From a virus, in the IMG/VR virus record IMGVR_UViG_3300025545_000003, positions 1 to 64,000 of that record: a stretch of DNA of 64,000 bases. One strand, 5' to 3'. Below, piece after piece: positions 1 through 9,476 of this stretch (the first letter of the stretch is position 1; each line of letters opens with the position of its first letter). Position numbers and translations under genes: made by a program. The notes under the pieces are model-generated. The model worked only from the letters and a program-made list of their open reading frames with translations, was not told the origin of the DNA and did not search any database.

Positions 1-247
1 GGGTGGTACACAGGGAGGAGGGGGGGTGGGGGGAGGGGGATACCCCAAAACCGGTCGGTTAAGATTCTGTTCGGGGCCCCATGGCCCAAATAGCCATATT
101 GGACCTCCGTTGAAAATGGGGCTCTGAAACTGAAACCCCCCGCCCTCACTGTGCAAAGGGGGGCGCTCCCCCCATGGGGGAGGGGCCTCATCCTGGGAAA
201 TCATATATGAGCGGATCGTGGTGTGGGCTTTCCCTATGTGGTGTGGG

Positions 248-850
248 CTACCAGTTTTGGAGAACTGAAATCAAACGGTCCCTGTGTTTGAGGGCCACGG
301 CTTCGGCGTAGGGTGTGAGTGCGGGGAGGGTCTTGATGAAGGCTACGTTGTTCTCGAACTGGCGATGGGGCTCTACCCCGGCCTCTGCGGCAAGCCCTAC
401 CTGAAGGGCCAGTAGTTCGTCGTCGGTCATGAAGGCCATGTTCCAGACGTCGGCGTCTCGTAGCAGCTTGGCCATGCGTGGCAGAGCCTGAACCTCTGCT
501 TCGTCCATAGGGAACCTTGTTCCTCTGATACTGTGTGCGGCCATGGCCTTGTTGGCCTCTGCCGGTAGCAGATCAGTCGGTAGGGACATGACCTTGGTTG
601 CTGCCCTTTCTACGTTGGCGGTGTCGATGTCGGGGTCTCCGAATCCGCCGGGGTGTCGCCAGTCGTGGAACAGTCCTGCGAGCATGACGGTGGGGTTGTG
701 GTTCGTAGCTTGTCCTGCGAAGGCTGCTACCCGTAGGGCGTGCTGGATGTTGTGGTAAGGATTGGTGAGGCTGTCCCCGCCAGTTCGTAGGAACTCATGT
801 AGGGCCGGGGTCAACCCTGCACGGTCTAGGTTCTGGACGATGTGAAGCAT
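248..850 (-). CDS. HD-domain phosphohydrolase
   Basis: NPYHN..H, LFHD and LRDAD motifs. Start moved to ATG 850, which has a GGAGG RBS. Confidence 0.7.
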   Translation of the reverse strand: MLHIVQNLDRAGLTPALHEFLRTGGDSLTNPYHNIQHALRVAAFAGQATNHNPTVMLAGLFHDWRHPGGFGDPDIDTANVERAATKVMSLPTDLLPAEANKAMAAHSIRGTRFPMDEAEVQALPRMAKLLRDADVWNMAFMTDDELLALQVGLAAEAGVEPHRQFENNVAFIKTLPALTPYAEAVALKHRDRLISVLQNW

Positions 851-946
851 GACGGTCCTCCTGTCCTTCACTCTACCCCGTGAAACGGGCCGGGTAATTC
901 AGTACGCTACTCGGGTATAGAGTGTACCCAAGATGAGGAGGGCTGA

Positions 947-1216
947 GTGAATCCCAAGCTGGAACCTGTCTACACGTTAGGACCTGACTTTGCCGGACCC
1001 GGAGCACGGGACACCCGCCACATGGAGTACTTCACGGGCGAGCCCCCGAAGCACGAGTGCCCCAAGAAGAAGGAGGGGATCGAGACGGTAGAGGATTGCC
1101 TTGTGGCCTACAGGGAGGCTCACCTGTTCCCCTTCTCGAAGAAGAGGCACAAGCCGATCTGCCATAACTGTACTGAGGGTGCGAGGGTGCGGGCGGAGTT
1201 CGCTGAAGCAGACTAG
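947..1216 (+). CDS. hypothetical protein (Cys/His-rich)
   Basis: GAGGAGG RBS before the GTG; high GC3 codon usage. Confidence 0.55.
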   Translation: MNPKLEPVYTLGPDFAGPGARDTRHMEYFTGEPPKHECPKKKEGIETVEDCLVAYREAHLFPFSKKRHKPICHNCTEGARVRAEFAEAD

Positions 1217-1472
1217 ACGCCCTTCCTCATCAGGGAGTGTGAGTAGGTGGCCCCAAGTTGCTTCGCCAGCCCCACCGACATCCACTGTGTCTCCCCGTTG
1301 GGGAACTGCACCTGAACCTGCTTGAACTCGTCGATGCCGATGATGAGGGGCTTCTTCCGGTTGTCCCTGAGACTCCGAACCACGACACCTTGCTGGGCCT
1401 GGCTCCGGTAAACCTGTGCCTCACGGAGAGCGGTGTCCCGGATCTCACCGGCCTGCGCCAGAATCCGCTGCG

Positions 1473-1715
1473 TCAGATCATGTACCGACGGGGCCGGGGT
1501 ATCGGAGGGGGCGGAGCCGGACGGGCCGACTTGGGCCTCTGCTTCCCTGCGTCCGTGCGGATGCTCCCCGTGTCCCTGATGAGCTTGTCGAGGATGCTTG
1601 TCCGGGTCGGGTCACGGTCGTCCTTGACCTCGCCCTCTGTCTCCAGCTTCTCGGACTCAGTAGGCTTGTAGACCAGCTTGGGGACTACTGCTTTACGGAA
1701 CCAACTCACAACCAA
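1473..1715 (-). CDS. hypothetical protein
   Basis: overlaps the stop of the upstream gene; phage-like codon usage. Confidence 0.5.
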   Translation of the reverse strand: MVVSWFRKAVVPKLVYKPTESEKLETEGEVKDDRDPTRTSILDKLIRDTGSIRTDAGKQRPKSARPAPPPPIPRPRRYMI

Positions 1716-2161
1716 CCCAGACGTTCAGCCGTCCGGGTCAGGAGAGCGGCGAAGCCCTCGTCGTACCCGTACCGCTCTGCGTTGATCTTGATGCTGTTGG
1801 CCAGCCCCTTGCTGTCCGTGTGCCGTTCGCCCGCCGCCTTCCAGTCCGCCAGCATCTCGATCAGGTCGAGGAGGTCCATGCCGTGGATCCCGTTCTCGTG
1901 GAACTCAGGGTGGTGCCGGTTGTTGGCGTAGTGGTGATCGAGGGCGGGCTTCATGTGCTTCAGCGCTTCAGCGTAGGCGGGCGTCCCGTAGTCGAGGTGC
2001 TTGAGCCGGGGTGTGAACACGTCGAAGACGCTCTTCTCGGGTTCCACCAGCTTGGAGGCGTCGTGGTTCACAGCGGCGTCCATGATCTTGCCCATCACCG
2101 TCTGCATCAGTTCCATGACACGGATCTGGTGGGCTCTCGTAGCGTGCGTGCTGTCAGGCAT
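1706..2161 (-). CDS. DUF5662-like HD-related phage protein
   Basis: HDASK, HHY..NRHHPE and EMLADW motifs. Confidence 0.7.
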   Translation of the reverse strand: MPDSTHATRAHQIRVMELMQTVMGKIMDAAVNHDASKLVEPEKSVFDVFTPRLKHLDYGTPAYAEALKHMKPALDHHYANNRHHPEFHENGIHGMDLLDLIEMLADWKAAGERHTDSKGLANSIKINAERYGYDEGFAALLTRTAERLGWL

Positions 2162-2645
2162 CGTCGGTGTCCTTCTTCTCTTGGGGTGCTCGATCCAAGT
2201 TCACGGTCTCATCGTCGTTCCACCAGATGTGGAGATCGAAGCCGGGGTGCCACATGACGTGGACCCGCTTGATGGTGTCCTGTGCGATGAAGAGTTGTCG
2301 GGACATGACGACTCGTTGCCGGACGTGGATCCCGTTTTCATGTGGGGTGCAGTATACCTCCCCCTCGGGGGAGAGCACGTAGCCCTTCGGAGGGTAGTGC
2401 CCCATGTTGGTCCGCCCGGAGCAGATCCGTTCCACTACTCGGGTCGTGAGTTCCATGAAGGGAGTCCCCAGGGCAGAGGAAGCTGTCTCGGGCGGGTGGA
2501 CGCACTCCATCTCCAGAAAGACCCTCCAGTCCTCGACCCTGATCATCGCCTTGCCGTGTGTCCACGGGGCAACCCGCACCGGAGGTAGCTCCACCGCAGG
2601 GGGGTGGTCCTCCGGCGGCTTCTTCTTTTCCCAGAGAAATCCCAT
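2154..2645 (-). CDS. hypothetical protein
   Basis: AGGAGG RBS and a promoter motif upstream. Confidence 0.6.
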   Translation of the reverse strand: MGFLWEKKKPPEDHPPAVELPPVRVAPWTHGKAMIRVEDWRVFLEMECVHPPETASSALGTPFMELTTRVVERICSGRTNMGHYPPKGYVLSPEGEVYCTPHENGIHVRQRVVMSRQLFIAQDTIKRVHVMWHPGFDLHIWWNDDETVNLDRAPQEKKDTDDA

Positions 2646-2666
2646 CGAGCCTCCTGTCCTGCTTAC

Positions 2667-2694
2667 TCTACCCCGTGGACGGCTTAGCTAAGCC
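2667..2694 (-). promoter_or_regulatory. GGCTTAG-N13-GGGGTAGA putative phage promoter
   Basis: motif copy overlapping the + strand copy through the palindrome GGCTTAGCTAAGCC. Confidence 0.65.
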
Positions 2695-2708
2695 CGTTCT
2701 CGGGTAGA
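2681..2708 (+). promoter_or_regulatory. GGCTTAG-N13-CGGGTAGA putative phage promoter
   Basis: motif ends 7 nt before ATG 2715. Confidence 0.7.
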
Positions 2709-2714
2709 GGTTGT

Positions 2715-3884
2715 ATGAGTGGAACGTGGAAAAAGTGGACGGCGGAGGAAGACGCCATCATCAGGGACGCCGATGAGCGGGGGATCAAGACGGTCGCCCT
2801 GTTCAACGCTGGTGTCCTCCCAGGCCGGAGCAAGATCAACATCCAGAACCGCTTGGCCACGAAACGGCAACAGGCCCGTGGGGTTTGTCCCGTGTGCAGG
2901 GAGCACAAGGACTCAGCGGGCAAGCGATGCGCCGATTGCCGTCAGGCGGAGTGTGAGAAGCAGCGGAGGTGGGTGTCTGAGGGCCTTTGTGCGTCCTGCG
3001 GCAAGCCACGGGGCTCGTTGGCCTCCGCTACGAAGTGTGAGGCGTGTATCACCCGCATCAGGAAGATCAACCGGACGAAGCTCCAGAAGCAGCCCAAGAA
3101 GAAGTTCGCCAAGACGCCTCGGGCCGTACAAGGGCCCTTCTACTGGCCGGGAACCCGATCATGTAAGATGATCTCCCGCCATATCCCGCAAGGGGTCGGT
3201 GTCGTGGACTTATTCTCCGGTGCGGGCCGTTCTCTGCTGTGGGCCAAGCACGCAGGGCACCACATCCGGGCCTACAACGACATCCACCCGCTTCTGGCCC
3301 GCCTCGTACAGATCATGACGGTCAGAGGCTCCGACTGGCACCTCCTGCGGGAGCAGATGACCTACCTGCGCTCCATACAGGGCTTGCCGTTCGGGGTCTT
3401 CCAGCGGTGGTACAGAGACGCCCTCAAGGGTGACTTCGATCCAATTCTGGGAGCGGCCCTGTTCTACAGCATGGCCTCGTGCAAGTTCGAGCCTCCGTTC
3501 CGAGTGCCGGACAAGATCCCCCACGCCAACAACTACAGGCAGGCGTTCGGGCAGGTCGACATCCTCTGTGAGGACTACAAGGCCGTCATCGAGCAGTACG
3601 ATCATCCTGACACCCTGTTCCTCGCCGATCCACCGTGGCCGGGTGCCATGCAGTACGAGTTCAGCATGGACGGACGCCACCGGGGACTCGTGGAAGCCCT
3701 CGTGGGGTGCAAAGGCCAGTTCATCCTCGCCATGTCCTCGTCACAGGCCAGCCTTCTGGTGCTGCGAGGCGTCCCTTACATGTATTGGCACTACATCGGC
3801 CTCGGGAAAGAGATCGTAGCGTCCTCGTTCCCGATGGAATCCCCCCAGCTTGAGCCCTTCGACATCAACAACTATGGCGTTTGA
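2715..3884 (+). CDS. D12-class DNA adenine methyltransferase-like protein with N-terminal HTH/zinc-ribbon region
   Basis: DLFSGAG (motif I), YNDI and DPPW (motif IV); N-terminal KWTAEED and several CxxC pairs. Confidence 0.7.
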   Translation: MSGTWKKWTAEEDAIIRDADERGIKTVALFNAGVLPGRSKINIQNRLATKRQQARGVCPVCREHKDSAGKRCADCRQAECEKQRRWVSEGLCASCGKPRGSLASATKCEACITRIRKINRTKLQKQPKKKFAKTPRAVQGPFYWPGTRSCKMISRHIPQGVGVVDLFSGAGRSLLWAKHAGHHIRAYNDIHPLLARLVQIMTVRGSDWHLLREQMTYLRSIQGLPFGVFQRWYRDALKGDFDPILGAALFYSMASCKFEPPFRVPDKIPHANNYRQAFGQVDILCEDYKAVIEQYDHPDTLFLADPPWPGAMQYEFSMDGRHRGLVEALVGCKGQFILAMSSSQASLLVLRGVPYMYWHYIGLGKEIVASSFPMESPQLEPFDINNYGV

Positions 3885-4109
3885 ACGAAGGGCACCAGGC
3901 CCCTGACAGGAGCCCAAGGTCCGATGCCCTGAAGGTGGGACCCCAAGGTCGGGGCTAGCAAGGCGGGTTACTCAAGCGGCAGTATCGGGCGTCTATTCAG
4001 TCGGTGACTTGGTTGTACGCTCAGGAGGCACCACAAGGCGTCCGGTAGCTTGTGGGGTAGTGCGGGGGCGGCGTCGGCTGTCGTAGCGTCTGGGGGCATT
4101 GGGGGGCCT

Positions 4110-4538
4110 CTACGGGGGTGTATCTTGGACAGCGTCGAAGGGCAGGACCAGCCCCCAACAGTGGATGACGTGGGACCAGCCGTTATCGTCCATCGCCTTG
4201 GCCAGAACGATGTTGGCCACGCCGGGGACCAAGGTGTTCCCGTGATCCTTGATGTCGGTTCGGGCGTGGACAGTCCCTGCGTAGAAGTGGATGCCCTTGG
4301 AGTAGTTGAACCGGCCCGAGGTGCAGACCCGCTGGATGTCGTTCTCGTCCGTGGTGACGACCTCCACGACGTCGAAGAACCGAACGCCCATGGCGTCGGA
4401 CGGCGGGCCGGGGAACACGTTGGTGTCCCTGTCCTCGACCGACCGCACGGAGTAGTCGACCGTGCCGGGTTCGTGATCGTGCGGGTGCAGGAACTCAGCG
4501 TAGGTCATCATGATCGGGGTGGTGGCGATGACCGTCAT
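4110..4538 (-). CDS. hypothetical protein
   Basis: ORF in a chain of overlapping genes. Confidence 0.55.
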   Translation of the reverse strand: MTVIATTPIMMTYAEFLHPHDHEPGTVDYSVRSVEDRDTNVFPGPPSDAMGVRFFDVVEVVTTDENDIQRVCTSGRFNYSKGIHFYAGTVHARTDIKDHGNTLVPGVANIVLAKAMDDNGWSHVIHCWGLVLPFDAVQDTPP

Positions 4539-4801
4539 GGCTTGTAGACCCCGTAGGTACGAACCATCGCATTCTTGCTGTCCCGTTGCTCCGCTTCAGT
4601 CCACCCTGCGCCTTCGCACTTGGTCTTGACCCGCCAGCGGAACACCTGATCGATCTGCATGAAGTTGCAGGGATACCAACGCTCCTCTTCCATGGCGCAC
4701 AGCACGTCGTACACGCCGAAGGGTTCCCCCTTGTCGAACAGGAGCACGAGGTGCTTGTCGAACAAGGCGGAGGTGGCCGGATCGGGGCTACTTCGCATCA
4801 C
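4535..4801 (-). CDS. hypothetical protein
   Basis: ORF in a chain of overlapping genes. Confidence 0.55.
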   Translation of the reverse strand: MMRSSPDPATSALFDKHLVLLFDKGEPFGVYDVLCAMEEERWYPCNFMQIDQVFRWRVKTKCEGAGWTEAEQRDSKNAMVRTYGVYKP

Positions 4802-5399
4802 GGGCCTCCAGCAGCATGTTCATGAACAATGCTCCCTGCCCGATGGCGTCCTCGACGGCGAGGTGTGTGTGCGGGGGCGCACCCTTGAACCACCGCTTGG
4901 GCATCCGGCGCTTCGACGCCTGCCTGAACTCGCAGCCCATCCTGTCCATGGCCATCGTCTTGATGTCCAGCCCCTGAAATCCGAAGGGGGCGGGGAAGCC
5001 CACGAAGTTGACCGTGTACCAGTAGACGAACATGAAGTCGTAGGTCACCGGGTAGCCCACGATCACGGGTCGGGCGTTATCCACCCGGCAGATGTCGTTC
5101 ACCCACTGGATGAACTCTTCCATGACCGTCTTGGGGTCACCGGGGCTACGGGTCACGGCCTCCCACACGGCGGGGTCTTGCTTGGCCCACCACGCCATCG
5201 TGTCCGGGTCGGTCGTGGCTCCGGGCAACGGGGCGAGGTTCGCTTGGAACGTCCCTCGTACCTGTGGCCCTGCCTCCTCCCCGACCAAGTAGTGGTCCGG
5301 GTGGAACATGGCTGCGCCGATCTGGAGCATCGAGAAGGGGCCGGGGATCGGCCCGTCCGCCTCAACGTCGATGCTGATGTACATGGTGGACTTGCTCAT
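4788..5399 (-). CDS. DEDDh 3'-5' exoribonuclease (Rv2179c-like)
   Basis: ISIDVEADG, YDF and HLAVEDA motifs. Confidence 0.8.
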   Translation of the reverse strand: MSKSTMYISIDVEADGPIPGPFSMLQIGAAMFHPDHYLVGEEAGPQVRGTFQANLAPLPGATTDPDTMAWWAKQDPAVWEAVTRSPGDPKTVMEEFIQWVNDICRVDNARPVIVGYPVTYDFMFVYWYTVNFVGFPAPFGFQGLDIKTMAMDRMGCEFRQASKRRMPKRWFKGAPPHTHLAVEDAIGQGALFMNMLLEARDAK

Positions 5400-5629
5400 G
5401 GTGTCTCCGTAGGGCTCTCGTCCAGCCGGACAATCGACCCGTCCTCTACGTCGGACATCTCGAAGATGCCCTCGTACTCACGCCCGCCCTTCAGGATGGC
5501 CGTGTACCGGAAGTGGTCAGCCGGGTTCTCCCCGGTGACCTTGCAGTGCCAGCCCCAACGGTTGCGCCAGACCTCGTCCTTGACGGGGCGGGCAACGGTG
5601 ATCTCTTCAGCGGCAGCGGACTGGCTCAT
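5396..5629 (-). CDS. hypothetical protein
   Basis: AGGAG RBS; overlaps the next gene. Confidence 0.55.
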   Translation of the reverse strand: MSQSAAAEEITVARPVKDEVWRNRWGWHCKVTGENPADHFRYTAILKGGREYEGIFEMSDVEDGSIVRLDESPTETP

Positions 5630-5638
5630 TCGGACTCC

Positions 5639-5866
5639 TTACCAAAACCGGAATGATTGGGCGAACCTCATGGCACTTCCGAGGACACCCACAACGATCC
5701 CCACTATGAACAGCAACACCCCGAGGACCACGATGCTTTTCATGGAAGGGCAGACCGGGCATTGGCAAGCCACGGTTGCGGCTTCCGTTGCGGCAGGTAC
5801 GACCCGGTCTGTCAGGGTGGCTAGGAACATGGCTTCCTTGTCCGTCACAGTTGAGGGCGTTCCCAC
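5639..5866 (-). CDS. small membrane protein (start uncertain)
   Basis: hydrophobic C-terminal helix. Confidence 0.35.
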   Translation of the reverse strand: MGTPSTVTDKEAMFLATLTDRVVPAATEAATVACQCPVCPSMKSIVVLGVLLFIVGIVVGVLGSAMRFAQSFRFW

Positions 5867-5909
5867 CCGGCCCGGACGGAGGATCGGGCCGGGTGGTAGA
5901 CCCGTAGGG

Positions 5910-6911
5910 TCAGCCCCGGACGTCGAGGATCTTGCTGATCAGGGCGAGCTTGCCGCCGGGGATCTTCGAGGCCCCGACGATCTTGAGGTGGTTGGCGGCG
6001 TAGCCCCGGAGCGTGTCCAGCGGCAGCGTCTTCAACTCGTCCTTGCCCTGCGTGTCCATCTTCGGGTACTGCGCCGGGTCGACCTTCGCCTTGCCCGTGC
6101 TGCCCTTCCGCTTGCCGGTCGCCTTGGACTTCGGAGCCTTGTCACCGAGGCTCTTGGCACCCTTCTCGGGCACGTCGCCCTTCTTGACCGTGGTCGAGGG
6201 CATCACCTGCCCGGTGTGGTGGCCGACCACCTCGTACTTGCAGACCCGCATCTTCTGCTGCCTAGAGTCCTTCGGGATGCAGACGACGTGCTCCGGGTCG
6301 ATCCGGCAGATCACGATCTTGCTCGGGCTGCTGCCGAAGCTCTTGGCGTAGGCCAGCGCACCGACATGGTAGCCGTAGTGGCAGGCCACGTCCGGGTCGT
6401 CGCTGATCTTGTTGCGGGGCATCTCCAGCACGTTCCCCGGCTTGTTGCTGACCGTGCCCGTGTGGTGATCCGTCAGGTTGGACTTCACCGACTTGTAGGC
6501 GAGGAAGCAGCCGTCCTCCTCGATGGGGATGCCCTTGTGGGCGAGGAAGGGGTAAAGCTGCTGCACGGAGCGGAAGCTCGGGTTGCGCTGGAGGCGCTCG
6601 TAGAAGCGCATCAGCGGCTTCGGGCTCTCGCTGCGAGAGGCCATGGAGGCCATGCGGTCGGAGAGCGCCTGCGGGACAGGCTCGCCCTTGTAGTGGAGCT
6701 TGCCATTCACGTCGGTGAAGTCGCCGTCGTCCATCCAACCGGCGATGGCGCTCTCAACGGTCAGGAACTCGCCGAAGCGGTGGTACTCCTGCTTGGCGAT
6801 GACGCCCACGAGTCCAGCGTAGTTGGGGGTGCCCTTCTTGAAGGTCGACGGCTTGCCATCCACGATGATGGTCACCGACTCGTCGGTCAGGTTGAACTTG
6901 GGTGCGCTCAT
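5910..6911 (-). CDS. rIIB: rIIB-like protein
   Basis: NPS....QLY.FL, PI.EDG.FLAYK, MPR..ISDDP...C..G.HVG and KMRVCKYEV motifs; follows rIIA. Confidence 0.85.
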   Translation of the reverse strand: MSAPKFNLTDESVTIIVDGKPSTFKKGTPNYAGLVGVIAKQEYHRFGEFLTVESAIAGWMDDGDFTDVNGKLHYKGEPVPQALSDRMASMASRSESPKPLMRFYERLQRNPSFRSVQQLYPFLAHKGIPIEEDGCFLAYKSVKSNLTDHHTGTVSNKPGNVLEMPRNKISDDPDVACHYGYHVGALAYAKSFGSSPSKIVICRIDPEHVVCIPKDSRQQKMRVCKYEVVGHHTGQVMPSTTVKKGDVPEKGAKSLGDKAPKSKATGKRKGSTGKAKVDPAQYPKMDTQGKDELKTLPLDTLRGYAANHLKIVGASKIPGGKLALISKILDVRG

Positions 6912-6953
6912 GGTGTCCTCCGTTTACGTCCGTTCAGTCGTCCGTTCATGTTC

Positions 6954-6981
6954 TCAACCCGAAACCGGGAACGCCTAAGCC
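6954..6981 (-). promoter_or_regulatory. putative phage promoter (GGCTTAG-N13-CGGGTTGA)
   Basis: motif copy upstream of rIIB. Confidence 0.65.
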
Positions 6982-9164
6982 CCCTTCGGGAGCAGGGCGG
7001 CCAGTTTGGCGTCATCTACGAGCTTCACGTACTGGAACCAGTGGTCGGCGTCGTCGCCGCACAGGGAATGCAGGCCCTCGCCGCCTACGTCGAGCAACGG
7101 GTAGGTCTCCCGGATGTCCCGAACCGCCCACTCAGCGGCCACGCCCCGCTTCGTGCGGGTCAGCTTGTCCAACTCGGGCAGGCCCTCTAGGACGTAGCGG
7201 CGCAGCAAGCGCCGCTTGGACAGCTTGGTCAGGGCAAGCTGGCTCTTCCGCTGCATCGTGAAGACCCTCGTCACGGGGTGGTCGGCCCCAAGCTCGGTCT
7301 CCAGCCGCTCGTAGAACGCCTTGAGCAGTTCGGCCTTGTTGCGGAAGTACCGCCAATGCCAGTCGTCCCGCCCGAACACGTTGGCCCAACGCCGCTGGCC
7401 GAGGGCCTTGCGGTGGTCCGGGTTCTCCAACAGGCGGCGGAAGAACCCCTTCCTCCAGATGCGGTACTGCGTACCCTTGCAGTCCTCGGGGGTGACCTCC
7501 TTGCGGGCCGTGGTCTTGTAGCCGTAGATGTCCGGCAGCGTGACCCCGAAGATGTCCGCCATCGTCTTGTCTGCCTCGTAGGCAGAGAAGATGTGGAAGC
7601 CACGGGTGTCGTGCTCCGTCGTGAAGTGCGAGATGACCTCAAACACGTCATCGTCGGTCGGGACACGGGTGATGGTCTCCCAGTTATTGGACAGCGCTCC
7701 GTGTCGGTTCGTGCCCACCAGCTTGAAGCTGGTCACCCGGTGCTTGATGTTCTTCTCGATCTCGTTCTTGGGCGGCTCACGCCACTCCACGGAGGAGAGG
7801 TTCACAACGGGCACACCCGTCAGGTTCACCTTCTTGAACAGCAGGGCCAACTCAGCCCGCACGGCCTTCGGCTTGGCGGTCTTGTACGGACGGATGATGA
7901 AGCATTGGCGCTGCTGTTCCCACGAGAAGCGGTAGCCCTGAAGGTGCTTCTCGTCGTCGTCCCGGTAGTAGAAGGCCATCTTCGGATCCATGTCCATGTG
8001 GGACACGGCCTCCCGCCCGCTGGCAGTCAGGATGGTGAAGGTCTTGGGGGCCGGGTCTTCCTCGCCACCCTTCCAGAGGGTGATGGCCTTGCGGCAGAAG
8101 TCCTTGACGTCGGCGGCGAAGGGCAGCGTGCCACGCCCGCCCCATTGGCCTACGAGCGCCCAACCCTTCAGGCGCTTCTCCCAAGGAGACATGGTGTCGT
8201 CCCGTAGCACGTCCGTCAGGCGGTCGATGTACTCGTGCAGGACGGTGACGATCTTGTCGAAGATGATGCTGTTCGTGCCGGGGACGTCGTTCCCCTCTTC
8301 GTCCGTGGTGTCCTCTTCGTACTTGAGTTCCTCACGGCTGGCGCTGATCCTCACCTCACCGATGTTGAGGAACAGGCCGCCAGACAGGTGGCAGGCCATA
8401 TCCCACAGGTTGACCTCGGTCAGCTTCTCTTGGATCTGGTGGATGTCGATGCGGTAGGGGATACAGCCCATGACCGCCATCCACTGGCCCCTCGGGTCGG
8501 GGTTGTCTACAACGTAGCCGGTCTCGACCTCGGTGCGCCCGTTCGTGGGCAGGTCGATGTTGATGATGGGCTGCGGGTTGAAGTGGCGGAACAGGCGCTT
8601 CGCCGTGCTGTCGAAACGCCAGATGTCCGCCTCTTTGACGGGGATCTGAATCTCGATCCCCGTCTCGTCGGCGTTGCAGGGCTCTTCGTGGAGCCGCTGC
8701 ATCAGCCCGAGGTTGGACTTGTCCAGTGTGGCAACGTAGATGCGCTTCATCCCGCCGTGGTAGCTTACGACCGTGAAGGTGTCGGAGTAGGCGAATCCGC
8801 TCTTGCAGCCGATGCCCATCATGCCGACCTGATCGTCGGTGTCCCGCTTCGTGCTGTCTCCGTACTGAGTGTAGACGTGCAGCACGTCATCCTCGGACAG
8901 GCCGTTCCCGAAGTCCCGGATGTAAAGGTTGGGGTCGTCGGTCGTGGGCAGCGTTACCTTGATGGGCTGATCAGCCTTGCCCGCCGAACGGTGGGCGTCC
9001 CATCCGTTGCTGGCGTACTCACGAAGGACAGCAAGGATCCTGTCCGTGTACAGCGTGTCACGCAGGATCGTCATGATGTGAGAAGCGTTGGCCTTGGAGA
9101 TCCCGAACTGGGAGCTTGCCGCCACACCACCCGAACTCTGCGTCCTGTTCACCTGAACCTTCAT
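6975..9164 (-). CDS. rIIA: rIIA-like GHKL ATPase protein
   Basis: LYT..ILAVLREY.SN.WDAH, IRDFGNGL, G.MGIG.KS.FAY and SASREEL motifs. Confidence 0.85.
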   Translation of the reverse strand: MKVQVNRTQSSGGVAASSQFGISKANASHIMTILRDTLYTDRILAVLREYASNGWDAHRSAGKADQPIKVTLPTTDDPNLYIRDFGNGLSEDDVLHVYTQYGDSTKRDTDDQVGMMGIGCKSGFAYSDTFTVVSYHGGMKRIYVATLDKSNLGLMQRLHEEPCNADETGIEIQIPVKEADIWRFDSTAKRLFRHFNPQPIINIDLPTNGRTEVETGYVVDNPDPRGQWMAVMGCIPYRIDIHQIQEKLTEVNLWDMACHLSGGLFLNIGEVRISASREELKYEEDTTDEEGNDVPGTNSIIFDKIVTVLHEYIDRLTDVLRDDTMSPWEKRLKGWALVGQWGGRGTLPFAADVKDFCRKAITLWKGGEEDPAPKTFTILTASGREAVSHMDMDPKMAFYYRDDDEKHLQGYRFSWEQQRQCFIIRPYKTAKPKAVRAELALLFKKVNLTGVPVVNLSSVEWREPPKNEIEKNIKHRVTSFKLVGTNRHGALSNNWETITRVPTDDDVFEVISHFTTEHDTRGFHIFSAYEADKTMADIFGVTLPDIYGYKTTARKEVTPEDCKGTQYRIWRKGFFRRLLENPDHRKALGQRRWANVFGRDDWHWRYFRNKAELLKAFYERLETELGADHPVTRVFTMQRKSQLALTKLSKRRLLRRYVLEGLPELDKLTRTKRGVAAEWAVRDIRETYPLLDVGGEGLHSLCGDDADHWFQYVKLVDDAKLAALLPKGA

Positions 9165-9195
9165 CGAATGTCCTCCGTCATCGTCGTCCAGCCCT

Positions 9196-9223
9196 TCTAC
9201 ACAGGCTTGCGGGGGCCTAAGCC
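9196..9223 (-). promoter_or_regulatory. putative phage promoter (GGCTTAG-N13-TGTGTAGA)
   Basis: motif copy upstream of rIIA. Confidence 0.65.
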
Positions 9224-9367
9224 CACTTTGTCGACAACTGAGTACGCTTCGACCAACGTAATCACACGGCCTTCCCGTGCTTGTGTTGCCTGAAGAGTCA
9301 AGGCGAACAACCGCCTCCGTTTGATGGGATCACGCAGGATCGCTTTGAGGTCGACTCGTCGTTTCAT
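9197..9367 (-). CDS. small basic hypothetical protein (56 aa, MKRRVDLKAILRDP...), absent from the ORF track
   Basis: GGAGG RBS and its own promoter motif at 9389-9416. Confidence 0.6.
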   Translation of the reverse strand: MKRRVDLKAILRDPIKRRRLFALTLQATQAREGRVITLVEAYSVVDKVGLGPRKPV

Positions 9368-9388
9368 TGGGTTCCTCCGTCCGAACTC

Positions 9389-9416
9389 CCTACCCGAATG
9401 AAGCCATGGCTAAGCC
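9389..9416 (-). promoter_or_regulatory. putative phage promoter (GGCTTAG-N13-CGGGTAGG)
   Basis: motif copy. Confidence 0.6.
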
Positions 9417-9442
9417 TACATGCTGGAGAATGGCGGGCGGGG

Positions 9443-9470
9443 GGCTTAGCCCGTTCGGGTTTCGGGTAGA
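9443..9470 (+). promoter_or_regulatory. putative phage promoter (GGCTTAG-N13-CGGGTAGA)
   Basis: motif ends 7 nt before ATG 9477. Confidence 0.7.
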
Positions 9471-9476
9471 GGAGAC

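Noticed and set aside
3962-3985. GGCGGGTTACTCAAGCGGC resembling a tRNA-Tyr 5' end
   Set aside because: No anticodon arm, T arm or complementary acceptor strand follows.
4659-7190. 843-aa + strand ORF
   Set aside because: Antisense shadow of the high-GC3 exonuclease, rIIB and rIIA genes; no motifs.
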